From positions 7,172-71,171 of the IMG/VR virus record IMGVR_UViG_3300037076_000416: a stretch of DNA of 64,000 nucleotides; one strand, written 5' to 3'. The stretch's first letter is position 1; every line of letters starts with the position of its first letter. The notes below the pieces were generated by a model that saw nothing but the letters and a program-made list of their open reading frames with translations, did no database searches and was not told the DNA's origin. This DNA comes from a virus. The position numbers and the translations under genes were made by a program. This document shows positions 20,130 through 29,738 of the stretch, piece by piece.

Positions 20130-20145
20130 CCGGCCGCTGCGCCGC

Positions 20146-20221
20146 GCGCCTGTAGCTCAGTGGATAGAGCGTCGGCCTCCGGAGCCGAAGGTCGCAGGTT
20201 CGAATCCTGTCGGGCGCGCCA
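20146..20221 (+). tRNA. tRNA-Arg(CCG)
   Basis: Acceptor stem GCGCCTG/CGGGCGC, D arm AGCTCAGTGGATAGAGC, anticodon arm TCGGC-CTCCGGA-GCCGA, T loop GGTTCGAATCC, encoded CCA. Confidence 0.97.
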
Positions 20222-21659
20222 TTTCAACCTTTTCGGGCAGCGCCAGCGCCAATCCGTGCGCGTAGGCCGCCTGGGTCAGCCGGACACCCACGATCAAGGG
20301 GCCCGCAACCGTGATCCGCTCGTAGATGGCGTGCATCAGGTCTGCCTTTTCCTTCGGTACGTCAGCGGCTTGGAAGGACTCGCCGAGGGCGCGGAGCCAC
20401 TCGACCGCGCGCTGGCCGGATAGGCCTTGGGCTGTGCGCTCCACGACGGCGTCCCGCTGCTCGCGGAGTGCCTTGAGGCGCGTCAGGTAGGTGTCGTCAC
20501 CGAGCCGGCCGCCGGCGTGCTCCAGCGCGAGCTCGCGGATCTGCCGGTCGATCCGTGCCCGGTCGATCGCGACCGGCTGCTGGCTCGACCCGAGGGCAGC
20601 GACGACCGATGCCATCGTGCGGTCGTCGAGCGCGATGCCGGCGACCTGGGCCAGCACCGGCGCTTCCCAGGTCTGGTCGCCGAGGCGGGCCCTACGACCC
20701 CAGGCCTCGCACGGCTTCGCGTGGTGCTTGCGGTGGCGGCCATCGGCGAAGGTGCCGTCGTTGCGGAGTTGCCGCCCGCAGACGCACACGAGGAGGCCGC
20801 CGAGCAGGTCGACGCGGTCCCAGTTCTTGGGTCCCCCACCGCGGGTCTTGGCGCGGCGGATCTCCTCCACCCGCGCCCAGAGCTCGTCCGACACGGGCGG
20901 CGCCGCCCGCCAGGGTGCCGGTCGCCGCGTCTCGTCATTGCCGCGGTGCCGGCGGATCCAGCCGTTGTAGAGCGGGTTCATCAGGATCATCCGGATGCCG
21001 GTCGCGGCGAGCCCGGTCTCTGCCTCGAGCTGCACCGCGCTCACGTTCCCCAGGGCGTACCGCTCGAACAGGCCGACCGCGACCGGCATGCGGTCGGGAT
21101 CGATCTCGAGGGTGTGCGGCGGCTCGGGCAAGCGTCGGAAGCCGAGGCCAGCATGGCCGCCGGGATCATGTTCGTGGTCGAACTTGGCGGCGTAGCCCTC
21201 GGTGATGCGCTCGGAGAGGCGGCGGCTGTACTTCTCCGCCCCGGCCGCCTCGGAGATCAGCTCGTCCCAGTCCGAGGGGTCGGAGCTCAGGATCTTCCGG
21301 TCGCACATGACCAAGGCGACACCATTCGGGTGCAGCTCGTCTTCGAGCAGTTCGAGGGTCCGTCGCAGGTTGCGCTGCCAGCGATCCGAGTACCCCGTGA
21401 GGAGGAGGTCGAAGCGGCCCGATCGGAGATCGTCGACCATCGTGGCCATCGTGGCCGAGCGCCAGACGGTGCGACCGCTGTGCGCAACCTGGTACACGAG
21501 CCCCGTGTCGACGAGGCCATGCCGCTCGATGAAGCGGTCCTGCTGCTCACGCTGGCTTGCTGGGCCGTAGCGGTCGTACTGGCCGGCCGTTGACTCCCTG
21601 ATCCAGCGGGCCGCCCGGAAGCCGCCGATCTCGTCGAGGGAGCGGGGAAGGCGCTTCAC
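20157..21659 (-). CDS. Large serine recombinase (prophage integrase); 3' end runs antisense through the tRNA
   Basis: WIREST catalytic Ser, SGRT, SDRWQRN, ILMNPLYNG recombinase domain, LLGGLLVCVCG zinc ribbon, coiled coil. Confidence 0.93.
   Translation of the reverse strand: MKRLPRSLDEIGGFRAARWIRESTAGQYDRYGPASQREQQDRFIERHGLVDTGLVYQVAHSGRTVWRSATMATMVDDLRSGRFDLLLTGYSDRWQRNLRRTLELLEDELHPNGVALVMCDRKILSSDPSDWDELISEAAGAEKYSRRLSERITEGYAAKFDHEHDPGGHAGLGFRRLPEPPHTLEIDPDRMPVAVGLFERYALGNVSAVQLEAETGLAATGIRMILMNPLYNGWIRRHRGNDETRRPAPWRAAPPVSDELWARVEEIRRAKTRGGGPKNWDRVDLLGGLLVCVCGRQLRNDGTFADGRHRKHHAKPCEAWGRRARLGDQTWEAPVLAQVAGIALDDRTMASVVAALGSSQQPVAIDRARIDRQIRELALEHAGGRLGDDTYLTRLKALREQRDAVVERTAQGLSGQRAVEWLRALGESFQAADVPKEKADLMHAIYERITVAGPLIVGVRLTQAAYAHGLALALPEKVEMARPTGFEPATFGSGGRRSIH
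20206..20228 (+). repeat. attL: 23-bp direct repeat CCTGTCGGGCGCGCCATTTCAAC
   Basis: Identical to 63495-63517; includes the tRNA 3' end. Confidence 0.93.
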
Positions 21660-21835
21660 GCGGCTGTGACCTTCTTGATCGTGACCATCTCGAACACCTT
21701 TGCTCTGGCGTCAAGTCCCTCGCGGCGTAGCTGCTCGGGGCCATCCGGGTAGCGCCGATGCAGCGCCTCCACGTAGCGGGCGAGGGCGGCCACGAGCGGA
21801 TCGCGCTCCACGGCCGGCTGGATCTGGGCCGTCAC
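21656..21835 (-). CDS. 59-aa protein coupled to the integrase start (candidate recombination directionality factor)
   Basis: Below the track cutoff: VTAQIQPAVERDPLVAALARYVEALHRRYPDGPEQLRREGLDARAKVFEMVTIKKVTAA; GTGA overlap with the integrase. Confidence 0.6.
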   Translation of the reverse strand: MTAQIQPAVERDPLVAALARYVEALHRRYPDGPEQLRREGLDARAKVFEMVTIKKVTAA

Positions 21836-21953
21836 GCGACGCCCCAGGGGTGAGCAGGGTGAGCAAGAACCCCGTTTCTCGGTCTCATCCTGATGTACGT
21901 GGAGGGTGCACCAGAGAATCGGTCAGATGCTCCCCCTGCTCCCCCCGGCCGCC

Positions 21954-24218
21954 TCATTCGGCGGGCCTCGCCACGATCAGCCCCTCGTAGACGGGACTGC
22001 CGTGGACCTTCCGCCGCCGCACGGGGAAGCCGAGCCGATCGTGGCGCTCCGTGAACGCTCGCCCAAAGACGGGGGCCGTCATCGGCTTGGACCCGATCGA
22101 CTCGGCCCAGGCGACGTACTGCTCGTAGATCTTGGGCCCGGGCGTCGAGGCACCCACCTGCGCCGTGACCCAGTCGCGTAGGAACCCGCCGAGGGGGTCC
22201 TCGTCCTCTCGGTAGGCGGCGGTTTCGCGGGCGACGACTGCAGGGAACGGATGGAGCGTCCCTGCGGTGGCATAGGCGACGGCGCCACGGACGGCCCACG
22301 CTAGGATGCCCGGCGCCTCGCCAGCGAGGATGAGGGCGAGACCCGGGTCCTCCGCGGGCCCGTCCCCGGTCTCGCCGCGCTTGGCGAACCGGACCGCCCA
22401 GGGGATCAGGGCGATCCGACGCCAGAACCCTTCGGAGGCATCGTCGGCGGCGGGGAGATGATTAGTCGCGAGGTGAAGCGTGTGGGTCGGCGCCCACTCC
22501 TCCTGGCGCCCGTGGAGCTCGCGTCCGGTCATCTTGTCGATCGTCGCGAGGCGCTTGAGCGTCCCGCCCTTGAGCTTGGCCCCTTGCTCGGGTTCGCTCG
22601 TGAACGCGAGGCGTGCGCCGCGAAGGCGCATGAGATCGGAGGTGGGGGCACCGGCCGTCCGGTTGGCGTTGATGACCGTCTCGACCGCGATCTCGACGCT
22701 GTAGTCGCCAGCGACCTCACGGCCGAGAGTCCGGAAGGCCACGGACTTCCCGTTGTTGCCCGAGCCGTAGTGGACGGCCAGCAGCTCCTTGGAGGTTCCG
22801 ACGAGCGATGCCCCGATGAGCGTCGCGAACCAGCCGACGAGTTCCTCGTCGCCGGCGAAGACCTCCTGGAGGAAGCGGTCCCAGCGCGGGCATCTGGCTC
22901 GCGGGTCGTAGTCGAGGTGGGTCGATCGACTGACCATGTCGGTGGGTCGCCCGACTCGCAGGGCGCCGGTCCGGAGATCGACGAGCCCGTTCTCACAGCC
23001 GAGGATCCACGGGTCAAGGTCCCAAGCGTCGCCGCTCGTCGCCGCAGGCTTCATCGACGAAGTGATCCGAAGGCCGGCCGCGATCGCGTCGTCCGTGGCG
23101 CCCGCCGCCATGATCGCGGCGAGCGTCCGCGCGCGCATCTCGCTTTCGGTGATCTTGACGGCCTCCTGGTAGCGGAGGCCGAGCACATCAAGCCAGAGCC
23201 GCCGGATCTCCTGGTCACGATCCGGGCGCCAACGATGGCCATGCCAGATCAGCCAGATCCGCCGACCGTGGTCGAAGCGGATCGCAGACCCTGTTCGCTC
23301 GACGAAGTGATAGGCCGCGAGCGACTGGCGACTGAGGTGATCGATGCGGTCGCCGGACGGGTTCTCCCCGACGTCGGCTGCGGTCCACGGTTGGGCATCG
23401 TCCGAGCCGAGGTTGGGCTCGACAACTCCGGCCGATCGCCCCGGGAACGCAATGCCGGGAGGCTTGCTCCCGATCGACTCCGCGATCCTGCGGACCTCTC
23501 GCTCATCGAGCGGCGGCTGACACTGGATGCGATTTGCCTCGAGCAGCGCAGCAAGGATGACTGGCTCCGGTGCTCCACGTCCGCGGATCGAGCCGGCGAG
23601 TGAGGTCAACCTGACGTTGCGCTCACCCTCGGGGATTACCTCGGGGATGACAGGCATGGGGCCTCGGAGCACGCGACCCGCGCCCGCAAGCTCGCCGATC
23701 CATCCGGGAGCCTCCGCGAGCCCCAGCTTCGGCTCGCGGAGCCACCGGTAGCGGCGGCCGCTGTGGTGGAGCGAGGGTGGCGCGACGAGGTAGCTGCCGG
23801 GGCCTCGGAGGTCGATCTTCGGGAGGATGGCGACCTTTGGCCCGATCCGAGCGTCCGTCATGTAAATGTAGTGCCGGCCCCGACCAGTCTCGACCGTTGC
23901 CGTCTCCGGAAGCGAGTAGCCGCCCGCCTCAAGGGCGGCCACGCCTTCGGGACCGTCGACGTCAACCGCAACGACGCCGGATGGCACCGCGACCCCGATG
24001 TTCGCGTCACGCCACCTCGTCCACCACGCGCGGATCCGATCGGTGTCGGTGGCGGCATCCTTGATGCCGTTCTTGGTCCGCGGGTGCTTCCCCGGCGATG
24101 AGCAGTCGGGTCGACGGCAGTCACAGGCGCCGTCGATTGGTGTGTGCAGCGGGAACACTCCCCAACCGGTGGCGGCTATCGCCAGGGCGCCCTCGAGGAG
24201 AGTCCGCGGCGAGTTCAC
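21954..24218 (-). CDS. Bifunctional primase-polymerase/PriCT plus P4/D5-type SF3 helicase
   Basis: GWGVFPL, CDCRRPDCSSPGKHP, VDVDG, TGRGRHYIY, IDLRGPGSYLVAPPS, PEGERN, YGSGNNGKS, ATNHLP, FWRRI. Confidence 0.92.
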   Translation of the reverse strand: MNSPRTLLEGALAIAATGWGVFPLHTPIDGACDCRRPDCSSPGKHPRTKNGIKDAATDTDRIRAWWTRWRDANIGVAVPSGVVAVDVDGPEGVAALEAGGYSLPETATVETGRGRHYIYMTDARIGPKVAILPKIDLRGPGSYLVAPPSLHHSGRRYRWLREPKLGLAEAPGWIGELAGAGRVLRGPMPVIPEVIPEGERNVRLTSLAGSIRGRGAPEPVILAALLEANRIQCQPPLDEREVRRIAESIGSKPPGIAFPGRSAGVVEPNLGSDDAQPWTAADVGENPSGDRIDHLSRQSLAAYHFVERTGSAIRFDHGRRIWLIWHGHRWRPDRDQEIRRLWLDVLGLRYQEAVKITESEMRARTLAAIMAAGATDDAIAAGLRITSSMKPAATSGDAWDLDPWILGCENGLVDLRTGALRVGRPTDMVSRSTHLDYDPRARCPRWDRFLQEVFAGDEELVGWFATLIGASLVGTSKELLAVHYGSGNNGKSVAFRTLGREVAGDYSVEIAVETVINANRTAGAPTSDLMRLRGARLAFTSEPEQGAKLKGGTLKRLATIDKMTGRELHGRQEEWAPTHTLHLATNHLPAADDASEGFWRRIALIPWAVRFAKRGETGDGPAEDPGLALILAGEAPGILAWAVRGAVAYATAGTLHPFPAVVARETAAYREDEDPLGGFLRDWVTAQVGASTPGPKIYEQYVAWAESIGSKPMTAPVFGRAFTERHDRLGFPVRRRKVHGSPVYEGLIVARPAE

Positions 24219-24409
24219 CGCTGGCGGGCGGGATCGGCGAGGTAATCCTCGAGGTCTTGGGGCCTGACGCGCACCGCCCGGCCGATTCGGATCGAGCGCA
24301 CGTGCCCCAGGTCGATGAGTTTCCAGGCCATCGATCGGCTCACCGACAGTCGATCGGCGATCTGCTCGATGCGGAGCAACCGGCCGCAATCCCCGTCCAC
24401 CGCATCCAT
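24215..24409 (-). CDS. Excisionase-like HTH protein
   Basis: LLRIEQIADRLSVSRSMAWKLIDLGHVRSIRIGRAVRV. Confidence 0.85.
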   Translation of the reverse strand: MDAVDGDCGRLLRIEQIADRLSVSRSMAWKLIDLGHVRSIRIGRAVRVRPQDLEDYLADPARQR

Positions 24410-24554
24410 GGGCTTCCCTTGCGTTGACACTTGTGGCATCCTCGTGTCATCGCGTCCACGACAACTGCTGCTGACGCTTGCCGATAGTCTAAGGCGCCCC
24501 GATGTCCACTGCAACCCACAATCTGTCGATGACACCGATCGAGGCTTGGTCCGC

Positions 24555-25883
24555 GTGAGCCTGCGGCCGCGCTTCGCTGGTGAAGGCCGGCTTCGCCTGC
24601 CCGCGAGCGTCCAGGTCCTCTACCGCGCCAACGATCTCGGTTGGGCACGCGGGGACATCGTTGGGGACCTCGCGGACGCGGGCTACGACCCGTTCGAGCG
24701 CCTGTCGAGCGGACTGCTACTGGCGGAGGACTTCGCCCGGGTCGACCTTTCGAACCGGAAGGTGACCCGGCCGTGGTACCAGGAGCACGGGGTGCTCGAC
24801 CTCTCACATTTCTTCCCTGCTGACACGTTCGCCGTGTCACTCCACGTTCGTGAAGATCCACCCTTTCACGATGCTGAAGTCGACGTTCGGCGGCAGCAAG
24901 AGAACGTGCGCTGGCATCTCCTTTCACTCGCGCGCCTCAGTGATCACCTGCCGGAAGGTGGCAAGCCCCGCGCGGGCTGGGCCCCAGGCGAGGGCTGGGA
25001 CACGCGTTGGGCGCAGCCCGCGCTGCGGGACCCGAGCGGTGGCGCGCTGTGGCTCGGCGCTTCCTCGAACTTCGAGGCGCGCATCACGCCGATGATGCAG
25101 CGCTACGAGCGCTTCGAGGACGTCCCCGACGGCGGATCACTCCACGACTACAACCTCGATGGCGTCAGGCCAAAGCGGTTCACCGAGCAATGGTGGCCGG
25201 CCGCGCACGCGGCCTGGCAGCGCATCCTCAGCGAAAGCATCCCGGTCCTATGGGTGCCCGAGATCGACTGGGCCTACGAGTGGTCGGAGTACGACATCGA
25301 GTCGGGCTCGCCGTCGGGACGATCACCGACCGGTCGGCTCAGCTCGGACTGGTGGGGGCTCGTCGAGCTCGAGCGTCGTCTGCTGACGTCCTACGTCCGA
25401 AGGGCGGCGGAGTACCAAGTCGAAATCGGGCGACCCTGGCTGGAGCGAGACCTCACGCGCGAGGGGGAGAGTCTCGCGGACCGCTTCCCCGGTCCGCTCG
25501 TCGTTCACGAGCGGCGCTGGTGGAGCTCGCTGCTCGCGCCCGTCTACCTCCAGCTCCTCGAAGCTCTGCGTCGGGTAACGGAGGGCCAGCGCGGCGCGGC
25601 CTTGTGTCGGGAGTGTGGTCAGCCGTTCCTCACGTTGGACGCGCGGCGTTCCAGCTTCTGTACCGACCGAGAGCGCTACCGCTTCTCCCAGCGGGACCGG
25701 CGGCGGCGGCTCAGCGAAGCCGCCCACGATCCGGAGATCGACGCGGAATTCGAACGCATCGAACAGGAGCTCGAGGAAGAGGCGCGATCTGATCGTGCGA
25801 TCAAGGCGGACCTCGCCAGCCCAGAGCCATGGCTGCCCAAGAAGGTGGCCAAGACGCTCCGGCGTCGCAAACCATACCGGTGA
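24555..25883 (+). CDS. Hypothetical protein with C-terminal CGNR-like zinc finger; divergent from xis, candidate regulator
   Basis: CRECGQPFLTLDARRSSFCTDRERYRFSQR; start uncertain (track gives 24315). Confidence 0.6.
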   Translation: MSLRPRFAGEGRLRLPASVQVLYRANDLGWARGDIVGDLADAGYDPFERLSSGLLLAEDFARVDLSNRKVTRPWYQEHGVLDLSHFFPADTFAVSLHVREDPPFHDAEVDVRRQQENVRWHLLSLARLSDHLPEGGKPRAGWAPGEGWDTRWAQPALRDPSGGALWLGASSNFEARITPMMQRYERFEDVPDGGSLHDYNLDGVRPKRFTEQWWPAAHAAWQRILSESIPVLWVPEIDWAYEWSEYDIESGSPSGRSPTGRLSSDWWGLVELERRLLTSYVRRAAEYQVEIGRPWLERDLTREGESLADRFPGPLVVHERRWWSSLLAPVYLQLLEALRRVTEGQRGAALCRECGQPFLTLDARRSSFCTDRERYRFSQRDRRRRLSEAAHDPEIDAEFERIEQELEEEARSDRAIKADLASPEPWLPKKVAKTLRRRKPYR

Positions 25884-26087
25884 CGCCCGTCGCCCCTCAC
25901 GTCACGCCGGATTGGTCATTCCACCGGCTCACAAGAAGGTGACCTGTGGCCCGCCGATCAGGTGCTATGCTCGGCGGACATGTTGCTTGGGGTAGGACCA
26001 TCGACCCGTATCCGGACTTGACCTTGCCCTGCCAGGATCGGCGCCAACGGTGAATCGGATCCGCGGAGACTCTAGAACGACCCAGCG

Positions 26088-26477
26088 ATGCTGTCGTTGA
26101 CCCGCGCTGAGGCGCTCACGCAGGCGCGCCTCGAGTTCCAGCGTTACGTGGAGCGTCTCCTCATGGAGAAACGGCTGCCACCTGAATACGTCGCTGACCT
26201 TGGCAAACATTGGGACAAGCGCCTAGCGAGCCTCGCCCGGCTCGGCTCGGATCTCCTGATCAATCCTGAGGTCCTGTCGTCGCTCACGGTCCTGGCAAGG
26301 GCGGTACGCGATCCGGACATGGATGCGGACGCGGCCGTCCGGTGGCTGGACGTGTTCCCGGACCGAGTCGCAGATCTCTTCCCGCCGTCGGACGTCACCT
26401 TCCGGCTGATCGATGCGGCGGAGCAGCGTGAGAGTAGCGAGACCGTCCAAGCGGGTGCGATGGCGTCGGCTGCCTGA
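26088..26477 (+). CDS. Hypothetical helical protein with low-complexity tail ending -SAA (candidate antitoxin)
   Basis: 129 aa; first gene of a tightly spaced operon. Confidence 0.6.
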   Translation: MLSLTRAEALTQARLEFQRYVERLLMEKRLPPEYVADLGKHWDKRLASLARLGSDLLINPEVLSSLTVLARAVRDPDMDADAAVRWLDVFPDRVADLFPPSDVTFRLIDAAEQRESSETVQAGAMASAA

Positions 26478-26478
26478 C

Positions 26479-26892
26479 GTGTCCGCCGACTTTAGGCGCC
26501 ATCCGATCCAGGCGATTGAGGTGCGCGCGGACCGGATAATCGCAGAGCGGCGTCCTCGTGCTGCGGGAAAGACCGACGTCGCTCCCACGTCACATACCCC
26601 GCGAGTGCGGCTCGTCAACATCGCCGAGGACGGGCGGTCGTTCACGATCGAAGTCCAAGCCAAGGTCGAAGTCCCACTTGTCGATGACGAGGTCTGGGCG
26701 GCAACGATCCGGCTGACTGCCACCTTTGTCTCTGATGTGGTCGTTCGCAGGTACGACGCGCGTGCCTTTGCGAACGCCTCGGGCGTCTTCCTCGTCTGGC
26801 CTTACGCCCGGACATATCTGAACGAGTTGGCTCGCATCGCTGGGGTCACGGCTCCGCTCTTGCCTCTTGTATCCCGGCCACCTGAGTCCTGA
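26479..26892 (+). CDS. SecB-like chaperone
   Basis: Beta-rich N-half, then IRLTATF...AFANASGVFLVWPYARTYLNELARIAGVTAPLLPLV, matching the SecB PYxR...LP C-terminal pattern. Confidence 0.7.
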   Translation: MSADFRRHPIQAIEVRADRIIAERRPRAAGKTDVAPTSHTPRVRLVNIAEDGRSFTIEVQAKVEVPLVDDEVWAATIRLTATFVSDVVVRRYDARAFANASGVFLVWPYARTYLNELARIAGVTAPLLPLVSRPPES

Positions 26893-26903
26893 CGATCGCG
26901 ACT

Positions 26904-27596
26904 GTGAACCACAAACCTGGCCGGCCCGATGCCAGGCAGGAATCCGCGTTCAACCACCAAGACGTCGTTGACATCACTGATGCCCTCGTTGCGAACCCCG
27001 ACCTTCGGCTGTTGAAGCTGGCCGATACCCTCTCGCTGGTTCGAGAGGTCATGAGCGACCAAGAGGTTCGTGACTTCATCGGGTTCTCTCTGCTCACCGA
27101 CGTCAAGTTGGGTCCCGTGGCCATGACAGTCGCTACCAAGGCGCGCGACATCGCGACAGCGCCGAGCCGCGATGACCGAATGCGGCGGCGCGGCGCGCTC
27201 CTGGAGCGCCTGGTACACAAGCTCGTCGAGCGGCGGCTGCCTACCCATACCCACCACGAGCATCAGGTCGAGCTGACCCACAATCCTCGCTCCCGGATCC
27301 AGTGGACACGGCCCAAGGAGGTCGTGGCTGACGGCCCGGAGTTCGAGGTGTACGAGTGCAAGTCGGACGGACTCCCCGACGTGGCGGATATCGACGAACT
27401 GAGTGATGTTCGGACGACCGCGAGAGCCGAAGGCACAGATGCCCGACCGACCATCGTCACCTTAGGCAGCGAGGGGAGCCTGAGAATCCAAGCGAAGGCA
27501 TGGCGGCTCACGGAAACGATCTTTGGAGTGACCGCGGACAAGATCCTCCGATTGGCATCGGAGCCTCCCGGCAAGCCGATCCAGCCGGCGCCGTAA
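26904..27596 (+). CDS. Hypothetical protein with PD-(D/E)XK-like nuclease pattern
   Basis: RGALLERLV helix, PKEVVAD, EVYECK. Confidence 0.55.
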   Translation: MNHKPGRPDARQESAFNHQDVVDITDALVANPDLRLLKLADTLSLVREVMSDQEVRDFIGFSLLTDVKLGPVAMTVATKARDIATAPSRDDRMRRRGALLERLVHKLVERRLPTHTHHEHQVELTHNPRSRIQWTRPKEVVADGPEFEVYECKSDGLPDVADIDELSDVRTTARAEGTDARPTIVTLGSEGSLRIQAKAWRLTETIFGVTADKILRLASEPPGKPIQPAP

Positions 27597-27653
27597 ACCG
27601 TAGAGCGCCCTCGGACAACGACCGACAAATCACTTCCGTCATCAAAGGTCCAC

Positions 27654-29738
27654 ATGGCGAGCATCGAGACCCTGATTGCGCAGATCGACGACGCGGCCCT
27701 GCGCGAGAAGCTGGGCCGCGAGGTCGCCGAGATGAAGAAGCGCCTCGACTGGGGCCTCGTCTTCGAGCGCCACCTTCCCGAGAACGTGCGGGCGCTCTCC
27801 GCCCCGATCAAGCCCGGCTCAGTCGTTTGGGAGCGTCGGTCTGCGACACCCCGCCGTTTCCGGGTGCGCTCTGTCGACGGGGCCGATCTTCTGGTCGTCG
27901 TGGAGCCTGAGAAGACGACGGCATCGACCGACGCCCCGACCGAGCGGATCGCCCGGTCCGAGGTGCTCGTCGAGCAGGACTTCGCCGAGCCGATCTTCCC
28001 GGTGCCGACGCCAATCGGGGCGGTCCGAAACGGCCCGGCTGACGCGCCCTACCACGCGGTGATGCAGGGCGAGAACTACCACACGATCCAGGCGCTACTC
28101 GCGGCATACGACCGATCGTTCGACCTGATCTACCTCGATCCGCCCTACAACACCGGTAACAAGGACTGGTCCTACAACAACGACTACGTCGACCCGAACG
28201 ACACCTACAGACCGTCGAGGTGGCTCGCATTCATGGAGCGGCGGCTGCGCGTTGCACGCCGTCTGTTGAAGTCCGACGGCGTAATCGTGGTCACGATCGA
28301 CGAGAATGAGGTTCACCGCCTCGGGATGCTCCTGGAGCAGCTCTTTCCCGAAGCGCGGACGCAGATGGTGACGATCGCGATCAACCCGCACGGCACGAGT
28401 GGCGAAGGTCTGTCACGCGTCGACGAATACGCGTACTTCGTCTTCTTTGGTGGGACGCAGCCGAATCAGACGTTCGAGGACTTCTTCGGCCCTGAGGGTA
28501 GGACCCGTGCCCGCTGGTGGACCGAGTTCATTAGGGGCAGCCACCAATGGACGCGGGCGGCGCGCCCCAACCTCTGCTATCCGATCATGATTGACGGTGC
28601 CGGCCGGATCGCGGGTGCCGGGGATCCGCTCCAAGGCCCCGACGAGGAGCGGCCGCTTCGGCAAGGGGACTTCGATCTTGCCTGGCCCGTCCGGGCCGAC
28701 GGTCGACTCGGAATCTGGAAGCTGGAGGGCGCGCGCGTCCGCGAGATGTATCCGCAGGGCTACATCGTGGCGACCAAACCCGCGCGCGGCACCTGGTCGA
28801 TCCGATATCTGCTTGAAGGCGCCTTGTTGGCGATTGAGTCGGGCGAGCTCGAAATCGCCGGCTACGACAGGTACGGTGGCGTGATCCTGCCTCCGAAACG
28901 GGGTCGCGTCGTGCCCAAGACCATGTGGCATCGAGTGCGGCATACCGCGGGTGCCGCTGGTGGGACGGCAATGCTCGCGGCGCTCTTCGGACGCACCGGA
29001 GTGTTCTCGTTTCCGAAGTCGATTTACTCGGTACGCGACACCATCGACGCTGCCATCGGCAGCCGCAAGGACGCCTTGATCCTGGACTTCTTTGCCGGCT
29101 CCGGAACTACCCTCCACGCCACGCTGATGCTGAACGCCGGCGATGGTGGCCGGCGCAGATGCGTGCTCGTCACCAACAACGAGCTGCCGTTCCAGACGGC
29201 TCAGGCGCTCGAGCGGGAAGGGAGGTTCCGAGGCGATCCGGAGTTCGAGTCGGCCGGGGTCTTCGAGACTGCGACACGGCCGCGCGTCACGGCTGCGATC
29301 ACCGGCGTTCGAGCGGATGGACTCCCGGTCGAGGGTGAGTATCTGGACGGCCGGGCGTACGCCGAGGGGTTCGCCGAGAACGTCGAGTTCTACCGCCTCG
29401 ACTACCTCGATCCCGCGGAGGTCGAGTTCGGCCTGCGGTTTGCCGAGATCGAGCCTCTCTTGTGGCTCCGCGCAGGTGGCATTGGTGAGCGGGAGACCCT
29501 CGACCCGTCACAGCCGCTCGGCGTCCCCGCCCATTCTCCGTATGCCGTGCTCTTCGACCCAGCAGGATTGCCCGACCTCCTGGCCACGTTCTTGGAGCGG
29601 CCGGACGTCACCCTCGTCTTCATCGTCGCCGACTCGCCCGAGACCTTCGCCCAGATCGCCACCGAGCTGCCGCACGACATGGAGAAGGTTCGCCTCTACC
29701 GCGACTACCTCGACACGCTGCGGGGGGCCACGCGGTGA
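27654..29738 (+). CDS. mod: Type III restriction-modification Mod-like adenine methyltransferase
   Basis: WGLVFERHLPE, IYLDPPYNTG, TIDENE, FSFPKS, LDFFAGSGTTLHA, CVLVTNNE. Confidence 0.9.
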   Translation: MASIETLIAQIDDAALREKLGREVAEMKKRLDWGLVFERHLPENVRALSAPIKPGSVVWERRSATPRRFRVRSVDGADLLVVVEPEKTTASTDAPTERIARSEVLVEQDFAEPIFPVPTPIGAVRNGPADAPYHAVMQGENYHTIQALLAAYDRSFDLIYLDPPYNTGNKDWSYNNDYVDPNDTYRPSRWLAFMERRLRVARRLLKSDGVIVVTIDENEVHRLGMLLEQLFPEARTQMVTIAINPHGTSGEGLSRVDEYAYFVFFGGTQPNQTFEDFFGPEGRTRARWWTEFIRGSHQWTRAARPNLCYPIMIDGAGRIAGAGDPLQGPDEERPLRQGDFDLAWPVRADGRLGIWKLEGARVREMYPQGYIVATKPARGTWSIRYLLEGALLAIESGELEIAGYDRYGGVILPPKRGRVVPKTMWHRVRHTAGAAGGTAMLAALFGRTGVFSFPKSIYSVRDTIDAAIGSRKDALILDFFAGSGTTLHATLMLNAGDGGRRRCVLVTNNELPFQTAQALEREGRFRGDPEFESAGVFETATRPRVTAAITGVRADGLPVEGEYLDGRAYAEGFAENVEFYRLDYLDPAEVEFGLRFAEIEPLLWLRAGGIGERETLDPSQPLGVPAHSPYAVLFDPAGLPDLLATFLERPDVTLVFIVADSPETFAQIATELPHDMEKVRLYRDYLDTLRGATR

